DNA from: Raillietiella orientalis
Taxonomy: Eukaryota
Reading direction: 5' to 3'
DNA length: 64,000 nt
Assembly: GCA_036172245.1 (NCBI GenBank)
Contig: JAYWIR010000039.1
Span: 1,922,001 to 1,986,000 of the forward strand
Shown here: positions 1-12,690 of the stretch, one piece after another
Numbering within the stretch: position 1 is the stretch's first letter
How the letters are laid out: each line of letters begins with the position of its first letter
Translations under genes and position numbers: made by a program
Notes under the pieces: generated by a model
What the model was told of the DNA's origin: nothing
Databases searched by the model: none
The model's input: the letters and a program-made list of their open reading frames with translations, nothing else

Positions 1-1370
1 CATGTCGCACGCCCCCATTGCATCTGGTCAGCTGTTTCCCACCTAGTAGTGTATGGTTCGTTGGCTTTGGGAGGTTTGGAGGATAGAAGGAGCATCTCTT
101 CCGTGGATCCGTTACTCACCGGATAGGTTGATGGATTTTCTTCCTGAAGCGCACCCACAAGCAGGCAATTCTAACTGGCTTGGATTTATGTCTCGGCATC
201 GTCCCCCTTTGAATCAAGGAGTCTGCGAGCTTGCGTCTTCCTGTTGGCATATTCTTGCAAGAGTTCCTAAAGAGTTAATTATACAAGAACCGCTTCGCTT
301 CTATTAGAGGATAGAGCAGGCATTCTTTTCCTCTCAGAAATCTGAACGGAAGACCGACGTTGAATCCGATTCCTGTGCTCGTGCTTGTCGAGAAGACAGG
401 AGCTTCCGCTGGAGGCTCTCTGCATCGGACGGATCATTTGACGGATCTCCAGTAGTTGTTGAGCTTCCCCGAAATCCCTTTGGGCTTGATTGCTGACACA
501 GCTATTGGTCCTGCGGCCCATCCTCCCTGTCTGGGAGTTTCGAAGAGAGCGTCGTCCCAGCTTCCAGCTGTAAATCGGGCGGGATGGCATGGGGCAGGTC
601 GAACCGAACTTTCCGAAGCTCCCACCGCGGACACCCTACTGTGGATGGGGTGGGATTGCGGGAATCGTATCGGAAGGGAAAGAGCCTGCCTGGTACCGCC
701 TCTCCGGCTTCCTGGTTCCTTTGTTACAGTTGTCTGAGTCCCAACTCTCTAAGAACGTGCATTGTGAGGAAGTCGCAGAAAAACTCACAAATTAGGGACG
801 CTGTTTGCTCCACTGCTCAAGCGAGTCCTACGGGTTGAGGGGAAGACGCCCTCGAATCTCCCAAAAAAGGCAGCTAGTATCGGCTCCCTTTCTCGTCCCG
901 ACCTGCACCTGTTTTCCTTGGTGACAGGGGTTTTCCTACACGTCTCTAATGTGGAAGAACAAGCATATTTTCTTTTTCGAAGAAGCAAACTTTGCCGTTT
1001 GACTTTCAGCCTGTGATCCCCACATGTTCCATTGGTCATTCGCCCTCTATTCGTCTCTCCGGACCCATGCCGTGGTGGCCGTTTTTGTGGGGATCCGTAG
1101 TTTGTGGGAGCGCCTGGCGTCAGCAGAGGGAAGCGTTTCTTTGCCTCTTAATGCATAGGAGCTATTCTTTCGGTCGTTCAGACGCAGTCCTTTCTGGAAT
1201 CCTGAGGTGGTTCCCTTTCGGGGAACGCACCGAGGAACGGGAAAAGCGCGCGCTTACCTCAGCGGCCCGGCACGTTGCAGGGCAGGAGCGACGGAGAGGT
1301 GCCCGCCTGGGATCGTCGACAGCTTGTGACCTCAAAGCTCCCTTCGGAGGAATTCCCATCACGTGGCCAA
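1..1370 (-). mobile_element. Heavily decayed non-LTR retrotransposon 5' fragment (ORF1 end / APE endonuclease start; L1/Tx1-like)
   Basis: Minus-strand frames give endonuclease-N-terminus-like pieces (PIAVSAIKPKGISGK..., RIHGRDAP) broken by stops and frameshifts. Composition resembles the other Tx1-like remnants in the window. Boundaries approximate. Confidence 0.3.
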
Positions 1371-2562
1371 TGCTTGCTCAGGTCAAAATTCCCAGTGGGC
1401 ATTTTGACTGTGCTTTACTACTGTGGAATATTGGAGATTTGTTGATGCTCGCATTTGTTGGCGTGTAAATCTGAACCTGTTGGCATTTCTCTTCGCGACA
1501 TGTCATGACGATCGTGCAAAATGTTGACATCACACATGCAAGTTTAATCATACGATCTTGATGGACAAAGAAGCATATGTATAGATAAGATGAGAGTAGA
1601 TTCAACAGGACTGACTGCGTTTGTAATTTTATCCATAAGTTTCCTTTTATTTAAAGATAGTACAAAACTGTAATTAATAATACGGTTATGATATATTAAT
1701 AATACTACGAAATCATGGTGCAGACTACAAGTTTACACCCCAGAAAAATGAGTTTGTGTGCCTGGCAAAGAGTGGTGTTTTTCTCGACCTCGGGTGCGAC
1801 GTGACGCGCACGGTCACTTTCGCCAATCTCGTCTGACCCCATCCCCGCTAGCGAGCCGAATCCTTCCTCAGCACGCTGCTGCCAGCGATCCGTCAGTGCT
1901 CGCTGCGGGCGCGCCCGGTTTTCACCCCCAAAGAGGGCGTAGGAGAGTAACGAAGTTCCCACTTGGGAAGTCTCCCCTTCCTTGTCTCCTTCGTTCCCCC
2001 TTCTCCGTTTCCAGAGCGCACGTCCTCTGGCTCCGGAAGGGCTAAAATCACAGCGCTGGTGTTCCATTTCCTTGTTTGGAATCCGAGCCTCTTCCATGCC
2101 TCCTTCCTCTCGGTCTTCTTCCTCTTTGTGCTTCTGCGGCCTCGCCTTCCGCGCGCGTCTCTCTCCCTTTCCCTTCTCTCACCGTCATCATCGTCTGTCC
2201 TTGCCGATGATGGCGCCTAGACATCATCTCTTTCCTCCCTTCTCCTTCAGGCGATCCGCGATCCTTCACGTGCTCCCTCGTCCGCTTGGCGTCCGTCCCT
2301 CTCCTTCAGGCAGAGGGGGAGAGAGGGTGGTTCAGGGGGTGCCTTGCCAGCTCAGCTGACCTCATCCTCAGTTCATCCTTCCGCCTGTCTCTCCGTTGCG
2401 GGGCGGTCTTGGTTGACCTGCTGACCCGAGCGAACAATGGCCGAAGCTCAACCTTCTGGACCCGTTCTGCTCTCTTGCGTTCCTGGAGAGGTGGAGAGCA
2501 ATGCGGTTGTGGATGAGTAAGAGGAAGACGATGCTGGTGGTGGCGGCGATGATGATGAGAAA

Positions 2563-2586
2563 GGAGGAGGAGGAGGAGGAGGAGGA
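2563..2586 (+). repeat. (GGA)8 microsatellite in a purine-rich tract
   Basis: Directly visible: ggaggaggaggaggaggaggagga. Confidence 0.95.
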
Positions 2587-2812
2587 AGGGGAGGAGGGAC
2601 CGATGACGACAGGAGTGGTCACGATGGAAAGACGGAAGGGAAAAGGAAGGGCGGGAAAGGGGGGTGGTTAACCGGGAGACTGCCTCCGAAGTGACACGTT
2701 CTCTTCTGGTATTCCAGTTCTCCCGGCGGTGCAGCAGATCCGAAACTTGGGTAGGTGGCCGCCCGTTCCCGGGCAAAGGTTGCGGGAGGCCCCCACCTCC
2801 CTGAACTTCCAG

Positions 2813-5284
2813 TGTGTCCGTCACCTCCGCCTCTTTTGAGAGAACATGCAGTCTCCACCTGGGACCGGATATCCCGCCTGGACGGGTACTCGATCTTCTA
2901 CGAGTGTCAGATGGGCTTCGTGTTCGAAGCCGACGCGGAAGGACCTGCCCCCAACGAGGAGGGATTCGTCGTCGTCACTTGCCGCCAGGGCGAGTGGAGC
3001 CTCAAGAGTCTGCCCCCTTGCGTGCCAGGTAATGCTCGACCTTTTCTATGCTGTACGGGCGCCATGAGGCGCTGCGGAGCTGAAGCGACACCTGCTTCTG
3101 GCCCCGCAGCTCTTCCCCGGGCTAATGCCGCGCTCCGCCTACTTCGTTCCCTGGGAGGCGCGTCTGACGTGCCCTTCGCCTCTTCCACTCTGCCTCTCGG
3201 AAGAAGGCCGGGAGCATGGGATGTCCCACTTACCCCTCTCCAAGGGCAAGAGTGCACTTGGAGCAAACGGGTAAGGGGCCAAGGAAGAGACCTTCGTTTG
3301 ATCAGATGGCTTGGAGCTAATGAGCGATCTCTTGGGTTCGAGAGGGAACCGGAGTCTAGAATGCCATCACCCTAGGCACGGGAGTACCAAGGGGTAACTG
3401 CGAGAGAGGTTCCATGAAAAAAAGGAAAAGAAAGCTGGATGATGGCGAAGGCGCCCCTCTCCTCAAAGCGGACGCTCCCCGTTCGTACTCCTTTCCTTCG
3501 TTCAAAAGCCACATCACTTGAAGACGAGTGTCCGAAGTCTAATCGAGGATGGAGTTCCCGCCGTACCTGCGCAGCCTGTCCATCCGCTCCTGTGGCCAGG
3601 GAAGCTTGCGCGTTCTTCCCGGTCCCCGGCGTTGCCTGGATGCGATGGCTTCCCGATCCCCTTTGCATTTCGGGAAGTCTATCCTAGCAATCAGCGGTTG
3701 ACATCCAGGCAACAACAGCACCTCTTCGCTTGCGAAAGGAGGAGGCATTGAGCGAGCGAAAGGCATGCAAGGAAATCACGTGCGACCCAATGTGAAGGAG
3801 AGGGGAAACCCTTCGCCACCACAAGGGGTAGACGCGCGCTGCTGCTGCTGCTGCGGCACAACCATGAGTTGCGTCTTTCGGAATCGCGTGTCGTCGCGTC
3901 TGTGTCCGTCGAAGACAGGGTGCTCTCATCTTCACCGCTGCCCAGAAACTGCGCAACTACAGAGGCCAGATGCTCGCATGCAATATACCTCCTTGGGAGC
4001 ACCTGACGATCATGCCAGGGGTTCCAGGGTGCAAGACGGCGCTGCCACTTCTGGTCCACCTAAGCGAGGACACCCCTCCGCAGACACCGACGGAGTGGAG
4101 CGGGAATCGGAAGGAGAACTCCAGTGCTACCTACCATTGCCAGAAGGGCTTCATAATCGACCCAAACAGCCGGCTGCTGGGCTTCGAGGAGGATCCTCTT
4201 CTGGTCACTTGCAGGAATGGCAGCTGGTCTCCCGGAGTCCTGCCGATCTGCGTGCGAAGTAATCCGGGCAGAGGGACTGGGACGGGGGCGGTATGGACCT
4301 CGTGCCTGACGCCGAGGCCCTTGTCTCCCTAAGCCTGCGACAGCGATCCACCTTTGAACTCCGAGGTCCAGTACGCCACGAAGCAGCAGCGCAACGGTAG
4401 CTGGATAGAAGGAATGAGCGTCGAGTACAAGTGCCGAAGGAGTCCTCAGTACCGATTGTACCCGTTCTCGGAGGAGATGTTGCTCAACTCCCTCTTCAAG
4501 ATCTTCTCCACCTGCATCCAGGGCGTCTGGGTTCCCGACCGCATCTCCACTCCTTGCGGTGAGTGCTGAGTAGGCCGCCGCTCCTCCTTCCCAACCTTAT
4601 GGCTAAATCCCTCACAGTTCTGAACCTGGCGTACGGTAAGCCAGCACATCAGATCAGTGACTTCCGAGGGATTTCCGGGAACGAGCCTCCATACGTTGCT
4701 GGAAACGCCGTAGACGGGGTGATGAAGAGGGCCGCCACCGAATTCTATATCTCTGCAGCAGACGATCCGTCATCCGTCAAGGCTGTTTGGTGGTCTGTGG
4801 ACCTGGAAGAAGTGCACAACATTTCTGGCATAGTCGTGTACCAGACAGACGACGGTAGGTGTTGTTCTGGAGACCTTATCCTAGCAGGTTATCTCTTTCC
4901 CCCGTTTTTTTTCTTCTTTCGCCCTTCCCGCCCACTCCTTTGTCTTTTGTTTTCCCCTTCGTCGAATCAGAGTACTGCGTCCACTTCCACCACATCAAGG
5001 TGTTCGTCACCCCTTTCCGCATGGACATTAGCTCTTTGACTCTTGAGGAACGATACATGTGCTCTTCATTTGAGGAATTTCCCCCTCTCCGTTGCCGGAA
5101 GAACAGAGTGGTGATGGTCTGCAAGCACGCCATCGTTGGGCAGCACGTAACGATCGTGAGTGACAGGCCTCTGTACGGTTGCCAGTTCGTGCCTCCGGGT
5201 TTCGAGTGCCACGATGAGATCACTTCAGTCCTGGCTTTGCACATGGCAGAAGTGGAAGTGTTTGCATCATTGCCTTCTCAGTGA
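2813..5284 (+). CDS. Sushi/CCP-repeat + C-terminal F-type lectin (FTP/fucolectin-like) domain protein; 5' end not resolved
   Basis: Phase-1 GT-AG exons 2813-3028, 4028-4258, 4334-4558, 4618-4854 and 4971-5284 (TGA) join in frame. Three CCP modules (C-x-x-PP...Y-x-C-x-x-GF...TC-x-x-G-x-W...P-x-C) are followed by NLAYGKPAHQIS...AGNAVDG...WWSVDL...VGQHVTI...LHMAEVEVF, typical of FTP domains. The join of 3028 to 4028 is assumed. Confidence 0.75.
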
Positions 5285-5406
5285 CAGATCGAGAATAACC
5301 TTCAGTAGCAATATACTGTGTGTTGGCTGAACATAACTTTCAAGAAAAGGAAGAAACAAATCATGGACAAAATATTGACGAAGTTTTCCATTTGTTTCAG
5401 GATAGC

Positions 5407-6900
5407 GTCTTCTGCCTTCGTCTTCTTACAGCCCATTTTCGTTGATTCAGTGATGGAAACCGAACGTTCATTTCTTTCTTTTTTTCACTCCTAATTGCAC
5501 TACTAGATTGTTCTGGTAATTCCTCTGCTTAGGGAGAGACAAAGCAATGGAAGAATTGAAAACCTTCGAAGAGTGAGGTTACACAGTCTTCCATCCTCTC
5601 TGGGATTGCATCAACTAAACGAGAAGGTTCTAAGACGAATCTTGGATTGTTTCATCTGACTTTAAATGAAAGGCAAAAATACCTATGCAAGACATGCACA
5701 CATCGACGCACCTCGGGAAATCACACAGTCCCTGCTCAGCACCATATTTTCATCTCTGAGTTTCTGACACGCACTTTCTACATGTACCACTGGGCTCCTT
5801 TGCGTAACAGACGATCCTACTATTTCCAATGAAATCTCCATACTAAACTTTTCTGCCTAACCGGACTCCAACCACTCCACATTCACTGTTTTGTCTACCA
5901 TTCGGTGAAGATGTGATGCATCGTCAAGGGTCTTTCAAAGTTGGTGGCTCTCGCTCTGCACTCGAAACAAGCACTCTTTAAACTCGTGAACTCTTCGTCC
6001 TTTCTTTATTAGTCATAGAGGTCTTTCTGAGGGTGGGCGGGTTCTTTTAGTCATTCATTCTATGCAATATGCAGGAAATTTATGAAGGAAGTAGGAACTT
6101 TGATTTCCTCCTTCCAATCTGAAGTCTGCACTTTGCTTTCATGGACTTTGATTTTTACTCTTTCAGTCAAGACCGCAAATTTGCTTTCCCATCTTTTTTC
6201 TTCAATGTATTTAAGTTGAAATATTAATCAAAATACTTTGTTCCTTCATTAAAAAAACTTTTCCGGAGATTAATTTCTTATCGACACTGACGTATCTGAT
6301 TATTATCAATAAGTGCTACATTAACGATAAAGTTTCCAATATCATCGGAATGGATTTCACATTTAGTAAGCTTCTCTGCAGAACTAAGAGGAAGAATCCA
6401 AATTGTTCCTAATAAAATCTTCGCTTGCTCACATCTGACAATTTCCAAGGAAAACTCCACCTTTTTCAGATACACTATCCTTTGAATTCTTGATGCAAGT
6501 CTAGAAGTCTACTTTCCTAACATTTGGAGCTACTTCCCTACGCCGCTTCTACTGATTGGCTGGAGTTTCGTTCCAAAACAAATTCCCAATTAATCTTCAA
6601 GGGACTTAGTGGATATCAGAAACCAAAAAAGCATGACATGAGAAACAATCAAAGTCATTCAAATCCAAATCAAGAATTGGAAATTTTTTTTTTTTTTTAA
6701 ATGAAAAGAACAAATACAATGGATACAAGGGATGACTGAATTCGGATTCATACAGGTCAAGACTGAATACAAGGTAATCTTCCAGATCCGGAAGTGAAGT
6801 CACCAGGAGTCACTTCTGCGAAAAAGAAGTCAAATTCTCTAAGAACACAGACAATGCTGGTACATTTTCGAAAGTCACTGCTGAAATTCACGAACAATGC
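5407..6900 (-). pseudogene. Fragmentary intron-punctuated coding-like sequence (possible C2-like beta domain); no consistent model
   Basis: Open exon-sized runs (YLKKVEFSLEIVRCEQAKILLGTIWILPL...; EKRWESKFAVLTERVKIKV...; AEKFSMEISLEIV...; VDAIPERMEDCVTSLFE) are bounded by GT/AG at 35-55 nt spacing, but the phases do not join without stops. Confidence 0.3.
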
Positions 6901-8251
6901 AAATATTAAACATTCAGTTTCTTGACATCAAAGAAAACGTATAAGGACACATGCAAACGACATATGTGCACTACATCAACTTTGAGGTTTGCATTCTTAA
7001 AAGAATGAAAGCGAAATTGTTTAGAATACAAAATTCAACTTGCTAATGGAGACTTCAGCAAACTTTGATAAGGATAAAAATAATACATATATGAGAAACA
7101 CATCTCAATAAAAGTAAAATAATGGTTTTGTCGATATGGAATTCTTAAAGTTTTTGAATATATTTAATATGAGAAAATGAGAAAAAACTATCCAAACCTA
7201 GAATTAAATCCATTAAATCCATTTTAACAAAAATCATTTCTTTTTAGATATTTACACATGTAAAAAGTAAAAACACCAATAATTTTATGCAGATTATGCA
7301 TCTACTGAATAATGAAAAGGGACGTGTTGGATAGGATTTAAATCCGCTTGGTAATCACTTCTGTCCCATAGCAATTCTATTAGCTTTTGTTCTATATTTG
7401 CAAAACAGCAGTTCTGAAAAAAAAAAAAAGAATAGTAAGCAACTTTGAGAGTTATAAGTATTTATGCAGAAAGAATGATCTCGCAATCTTAAAAATAGTG
7501 CCAACAAAGAATTCGTTCATTTCATTTCCATTGGAACTGAATATCCTGAAAACTTAAAAAAAGAACACTTTCTTGCTCACAATATTCAGGAATTACTGGA
7601 GTATTTTTATTTACCTTCTTAAAAAAGAGGTTCTAAATAATGAAGAAATATTAAATGGTTTAGTCATTAGTGTCAGTTTTAAAATAGACTTCAAAAAAAA
7701 AAAAAAAAAGTATCAAAGCATACTTTCATAAAACAGGGGGTGGATTTCTCGCTAGTGCATATGTATTTTGATTTTCCTTGACGAATAAGTAAACCGATGT
7801 TTTTATTTCATTCCTCTATAAGAAATAAAATCAAAAGAAATTCAATTCAGTAAAAGGATTAAGAATGCGATTCTTGTTGTTATGAAAGCACTGGCGTTGA
7901 TTCTATAACGGGGCAATTAAAAAAAAATAAAACAAGGAGGTAATATTTGAAGAGTAGTAGAATTCGAAATTCCAGAAATGCTTGTATTAATCTATGGCAT
8001 GGTTTTGAAGTTCCTCGGATGATGCTTATACTTATATGCTCCAAGACGGCAAACATTCTTCTTAGGGAAGAAGAATAACAGTTATTGAGTGAACGATTAG
8101 TTAGTTATATTCGTTCATCCACCATTCACTTTTCTGTAATGATTTTGAGGGTTGATTACACAAATTCATTAATTTTTGAAAACAGAAATAGTGGCATCAA
8201 ACGTATATGTACTTTGGAGCGCAATTCTCTGGGTATCGATAGGTTGGAAAC

Positions 8252-10645
8252 ATGAAAAGCAAGCAAGAAATCAACGTAATTAATATTTTTCTGCAAGGAC
8301 TTTGCATTATTTACACATTTGCATTTGCATCATTGTTCATGCAGTTTAGAGGTATCTTTGATTTGACCTAAAAAATCTTTGGTTTATTGTTATTTAGGTT
8401 TGTATGGTCCAGGCGGCATAGCTCCTATAAGTTTAGAGTGCAAAAAGCAAGAATTAAAAGATTGTTTCTTTGAAAATCCCACGTTTCTTTGGTTTTCGTC
8501 TTATGTTGATCTTAATATCTATAATTCGGCCGAGCTGCTAATTTTGGTTGGAATGCTGTTTTCCTTTTTAGGGTAATGATTTTCTTGCTTTTGTTATCAA
8601 CAAATACTGCTGAAAACATGTTGATCACCCATCATTATAAATATGTTTCAGATTTATGTTTACTTCATGTGCCATATCCCTATTTTTTCTAATAATGTGG
8701 AGCTGTTATCTATCCATCTATCAAGTAGGGGGAAAATTTCTTCATACAGAAAGGTGATTAAAAAAAAAAATTAATAATATTCATATGTTACATTAAAGTG
8801 ATGCTCTGTTACTTGAATCTGGTTTCCTTGCAATTTTTATAGCACCTTTATGGCACAAGAAGGTCAGCAAGAATGTTGGCATAAAAAATGAAATCAGAGT
8901 TTGGTTGATTAGATGGTTACTTTTTCGTTTGACTTTTATCTCAGGAATTAATAAGCTTATTAAAAATTGTTCCATGTGGTGGAACTTAACAGGTAAATTG
9001 ATAATAATTAAAACGTTAGTAAAATTTTCTAGCTTTGACTACGTTTTTTGAAACACACTGGAGTCCAACTCCTTTAGCATGGTATGTACATCAGCTTCCT
9101 GCACCCTGGTTAAAATTGCTTGCTGCAGCTCAATTAGTTTGTGAACTTGCCATCTCTTTCTTTTTCATCTCGCCCATTCGCAATCTAAGAATTTTCAGCT
9201 TTTATTTGCAGGTGATTGATACTAGTATCTACACTGAAGTGCACTATTTCACATTAATTTCCACAGGTCATCAAGCAAGTGTTTTCTATTGTTACAGTAA
9301 ATGGAGATTTTCAGGGATATCTAATTCTTGTTTTGAGCATATGTCTTTTGGACAACCAGCATTTTCGGAAAACAGGTGACTAACTGACTGTCTAATTCAT
9401 TAATGTCTGGTGATGTGCCCACAAGTTGCCCACAAGTCAAGAAGTCTGATGGACTTTATGGCATGGTTTGGTTCGTGGTTGCTTTTGGTAACTGTCTATG
9501 CTAGTTTAGTGTATTGGATTTCATTCTATTTTTCCTTCACTTGGGATCAAGGCAATCTAGATGTATCCATACGTAAGTTCATTCTTTTATTTGGAGTTCA
9601 CTTGGAGATAGGTTTTGGAAGAGCCACTCTGCTGCAGCACTTCCAGGCAGCAGCAGCTTTCAGCATTACATTGTTTACTGTCTCTCTGGTCATTGATATT
9701 GTTACTCGGATGTTTCCAGTTCAGTCTCCAAAACACTTCAAAATACACAGAGAAGTCTCTCTCTTGAAAACAGTTATAGATTCTGGTTTAACGTATTGTC
9801 TCTTTGTGCTCACATTGGTATAGTATGACTATGATTTCCTAATCATCAGTTTCCTCCAAATGAAGATCCCCTTTACAAATAATGAAATGCGTCAAGCTTG
9901 GCAGCCTCCTGCCATGCTTACCAAGATGCACACTCTTGTGGAGCGTTTCCATTTGGCTGGCACTTATGGGAGTCTGAGTGCTTCTAGCTTTTGTGTTCAA
10001 GATCGTGTGCAACTGATCTTTGAAGGAGCTAATGGAGTAAATGGCTCATGGCATCCAATTCACTTTTTGTATCAACCACTCAATGAATTTGATTCTCCAT
10101 TATTTATTGGTGAGGACCTCGTGATTGAGTTTTTGTTAATTTCAAGTGTTATAGCTCCTTATTTGCCACGGTTAGAATGGCAATTAGCCCAAGCAGCCCA
10201 GTCTTCAATCAAGGAGAATCCTTGGTTGCTGTCACTAATTTTACAATTGCTGCACAATGAACATGATGTGCTGCAACTTGTAAACCCTCTCCACCATCAT
10301 GAGCAGTTTGCATGGTTGCGAGTGCAGGCATACAAGTTTCAATTCACTGATTGGGCTGAGAGGTAGGCCACGTTTTGCCACTTTGTAAGTTCATCATTTG
10401 CTGATTGAAGGTTTGGTCCTAATTGGTGGAAAAAAAATCTGGCTGGTGAATTCTTAGCTCCTGTGCACAAAAAAGATAATGTGATGATTAAGGAACAAGA
10501 ATTTTTGAGAAAATTCAAAGTTCCTGATGCTTGGAATCAAATGCTATCAGTTGTGAAACAAGTAATGAGTGGCAGTGCAGGTCATCATGTTGTGTTTTCC
10601 ATTTTGTCTGTTGCTTGTATTCTTAAGCTGCTCCATAACAAATGA
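8252..10645 (+). CDS. LMF2: Lipase maturation factor 2-like ER membrane protein, 11 exons
   Basis: Exons 8252-8351, 8398-8572, 8652-8753, 8799-8992, 9033-9211, 9267-9375, 9426-9572, 9612-9817, 9866-10109, 10155-10362 and 10411-10645 splice in frame with GT-AG introns. LMF motifs: GLYGPGGIAP, YLSIYQVG, DALLLESGFL, WLIRWLLFRL, WWNLTAL, PTPLAWY, APYLPRLEWQ, NPWLLSL, YKFQFT, NWW. Confidence 0.92.
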
Positions 10646-11989
10646 TATGATGTTGAGGTCTCATTTGGGGCTCTGTTATAACTGGTTTACAAGCCTATAA
10701 ATCTGCGGGTACTTGAGATGTGAACACAAGTAATATCTGTCTCCCAATGATGCTAAGAACTACTTCATTACTGATTCTTGATATACTGTGTTCAAGATCA
10801 AGAGTGTGTTAATGTTTTTTTTTTTAACTTTTTTTCCGAAATTAATTTTTTTAACATAAATCAAATTGGGATGTAGGGAAAAAATAAATAAATGAGCACT
10901 TATATTTTATGAATTTTTTAGTACATGTTTTTTGTGTGAACATTTAACCAATATGTGATAAGTTGATTTCAGATTTTGACATTCTGCTTCTGGAGACTTT
11001 CGTTTGATTATATAACTTAGAGATTTACCTAGTTCGCAATGTTAATTGCATTTGTAACAACCAAATTTGAGTGCATGTTTGTCTAGGGATTCCTAGGGAG
11101 CATGGGTATACAATAAGTGACTTTAAATGTGTTGGTACTTGGTAGAAGATAACCTGAAAATAGATCAGGAAAAAAATGATCACACAATTCATGTACTAAT
11201 TACAGTCACTGTTGGACTTTTGATCTTTCACATCAGTAAGTTCTAATTTGATGTAATTTCCAATGGCTTCAAAGAAGTGTGGTGGTGGTATTTCTCATGA
11301 TTTCATTTTGAGTAAGCCTACAGAAAAAAAGTCAGTATAGCTATTTTTGGTGATGATACATGCATATATTTTTTTTAAAAAAAAAAAATTGTCAGCATGT
11401 AAATTCCGAATATTTCATATCAAATATATACTTATTGCTGTGCACACAACAGAGCCATTTGCGTACTTGTTCGATTTTTATGTGATTGTAGTGTATCATT
11501 TGTAGTTGTAAGCAAATTTGTTCTGATAATAATTAAAAGATTTCCATATTATGAGTGGATGTATATAAAGAGTATAAGTTTCTAATAAAATAGCATTAAT
11601 CATTTCAAAATCGAGAGAAAGTTCAGCTGACTCAGTAGATTTCATGGAATAACAGAAGGGAGCAAAAGGTGTTTTTGAAGGTGAATTACAAATGAGATTT
11701 TGCTTCCACTTTTTTTCAGTAAGTTATGTATATGTACAGTAGTTGTCTTGATCATTCCAAACATGCATTGAAGGAGTACTATAGAACTTAAGAGAAATTT
11801 ATATCAATTAGAAGGTGATTCTGCTACTATTTCTAACTTCGAAAATGAAATCAGCACTATTTATAAACTTAAGATGCGTTGGGGGCTGAGATAATCACTC
11901 GATTTCATCCCATTGCTTGATATTCATCAGTAAAACATAATAGGTTTGAGAGAGCATTGTTTTTCAAAAGGTCCTACATTGTTAGCTGC

Positions 11990-12690
11990 TTATGCCCAGA
12001 CTTTCTTATATCATGTTAGTCAGATAAATTCAAACCATGTCTATGATCATCCAAAGGAATACTTGGTTTGGTCACTCAATTAACAACAGAAACTTTCTAA
12101 GTTCTGATTTAAAAATCAAACTAGTTTTGAAGGAATAATCTGTGAAATATTATTGGGATTTTCCCATACTCTGATAATGCATGCATAGTTGATTGCAATG
12201 CAATCCAAATGCTTAGTAGGAAAGCTGTACTGTAGGTCAGTTGTGTTGATGTAGTCAAGATACTAATGTTGTTTTTGATAATTAATATTGAAGATAAGAA
12301 TGAACAGATGTTATGGCCAAACACCTATGGCTTAGAACACTCATCAGAGACACTTCCTGAAAGACTAGTAGTATTATGCAAGTAGTAGCATGGCATGTAA
12401 CAACAATGTATAAAAAGAAGTGGAAGATTGTGAAATTTTCGGATGCTCTGGCTGTCACTTTCAACAAAATAACATTCTGGAAGTGATACAGTGGTCAAAG
12501 CTGTTTGTGCTACCATGTGATTTGTTAGACAAAACATGCCAATGTCTAATACTATTGATATTGACTTAAAGACCAACTAATTAATGAATAATATTTGAAT
12601 ATGAGTGTAATATTAGCTTCCACTTCTTTCTCAAATATTCTCAACATTCACTGAAATCCACAAAATCCCCATATTTCCCAAGATTTGTGT
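11990..12690 (-). pseudogene. Decayed rhodopsin-like (class A) GPCR pseudogene
   Basis: Hydrophobic segments occur in order across frames with stops: TM1-like ILGNMGILWISV, TM3-like VSLMSVLSHRCLAITSVHSY (DRY-like), TM4-like AFLLSIWIAL, TM5-like FLWMIIDMV. Confidence 0.4.
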
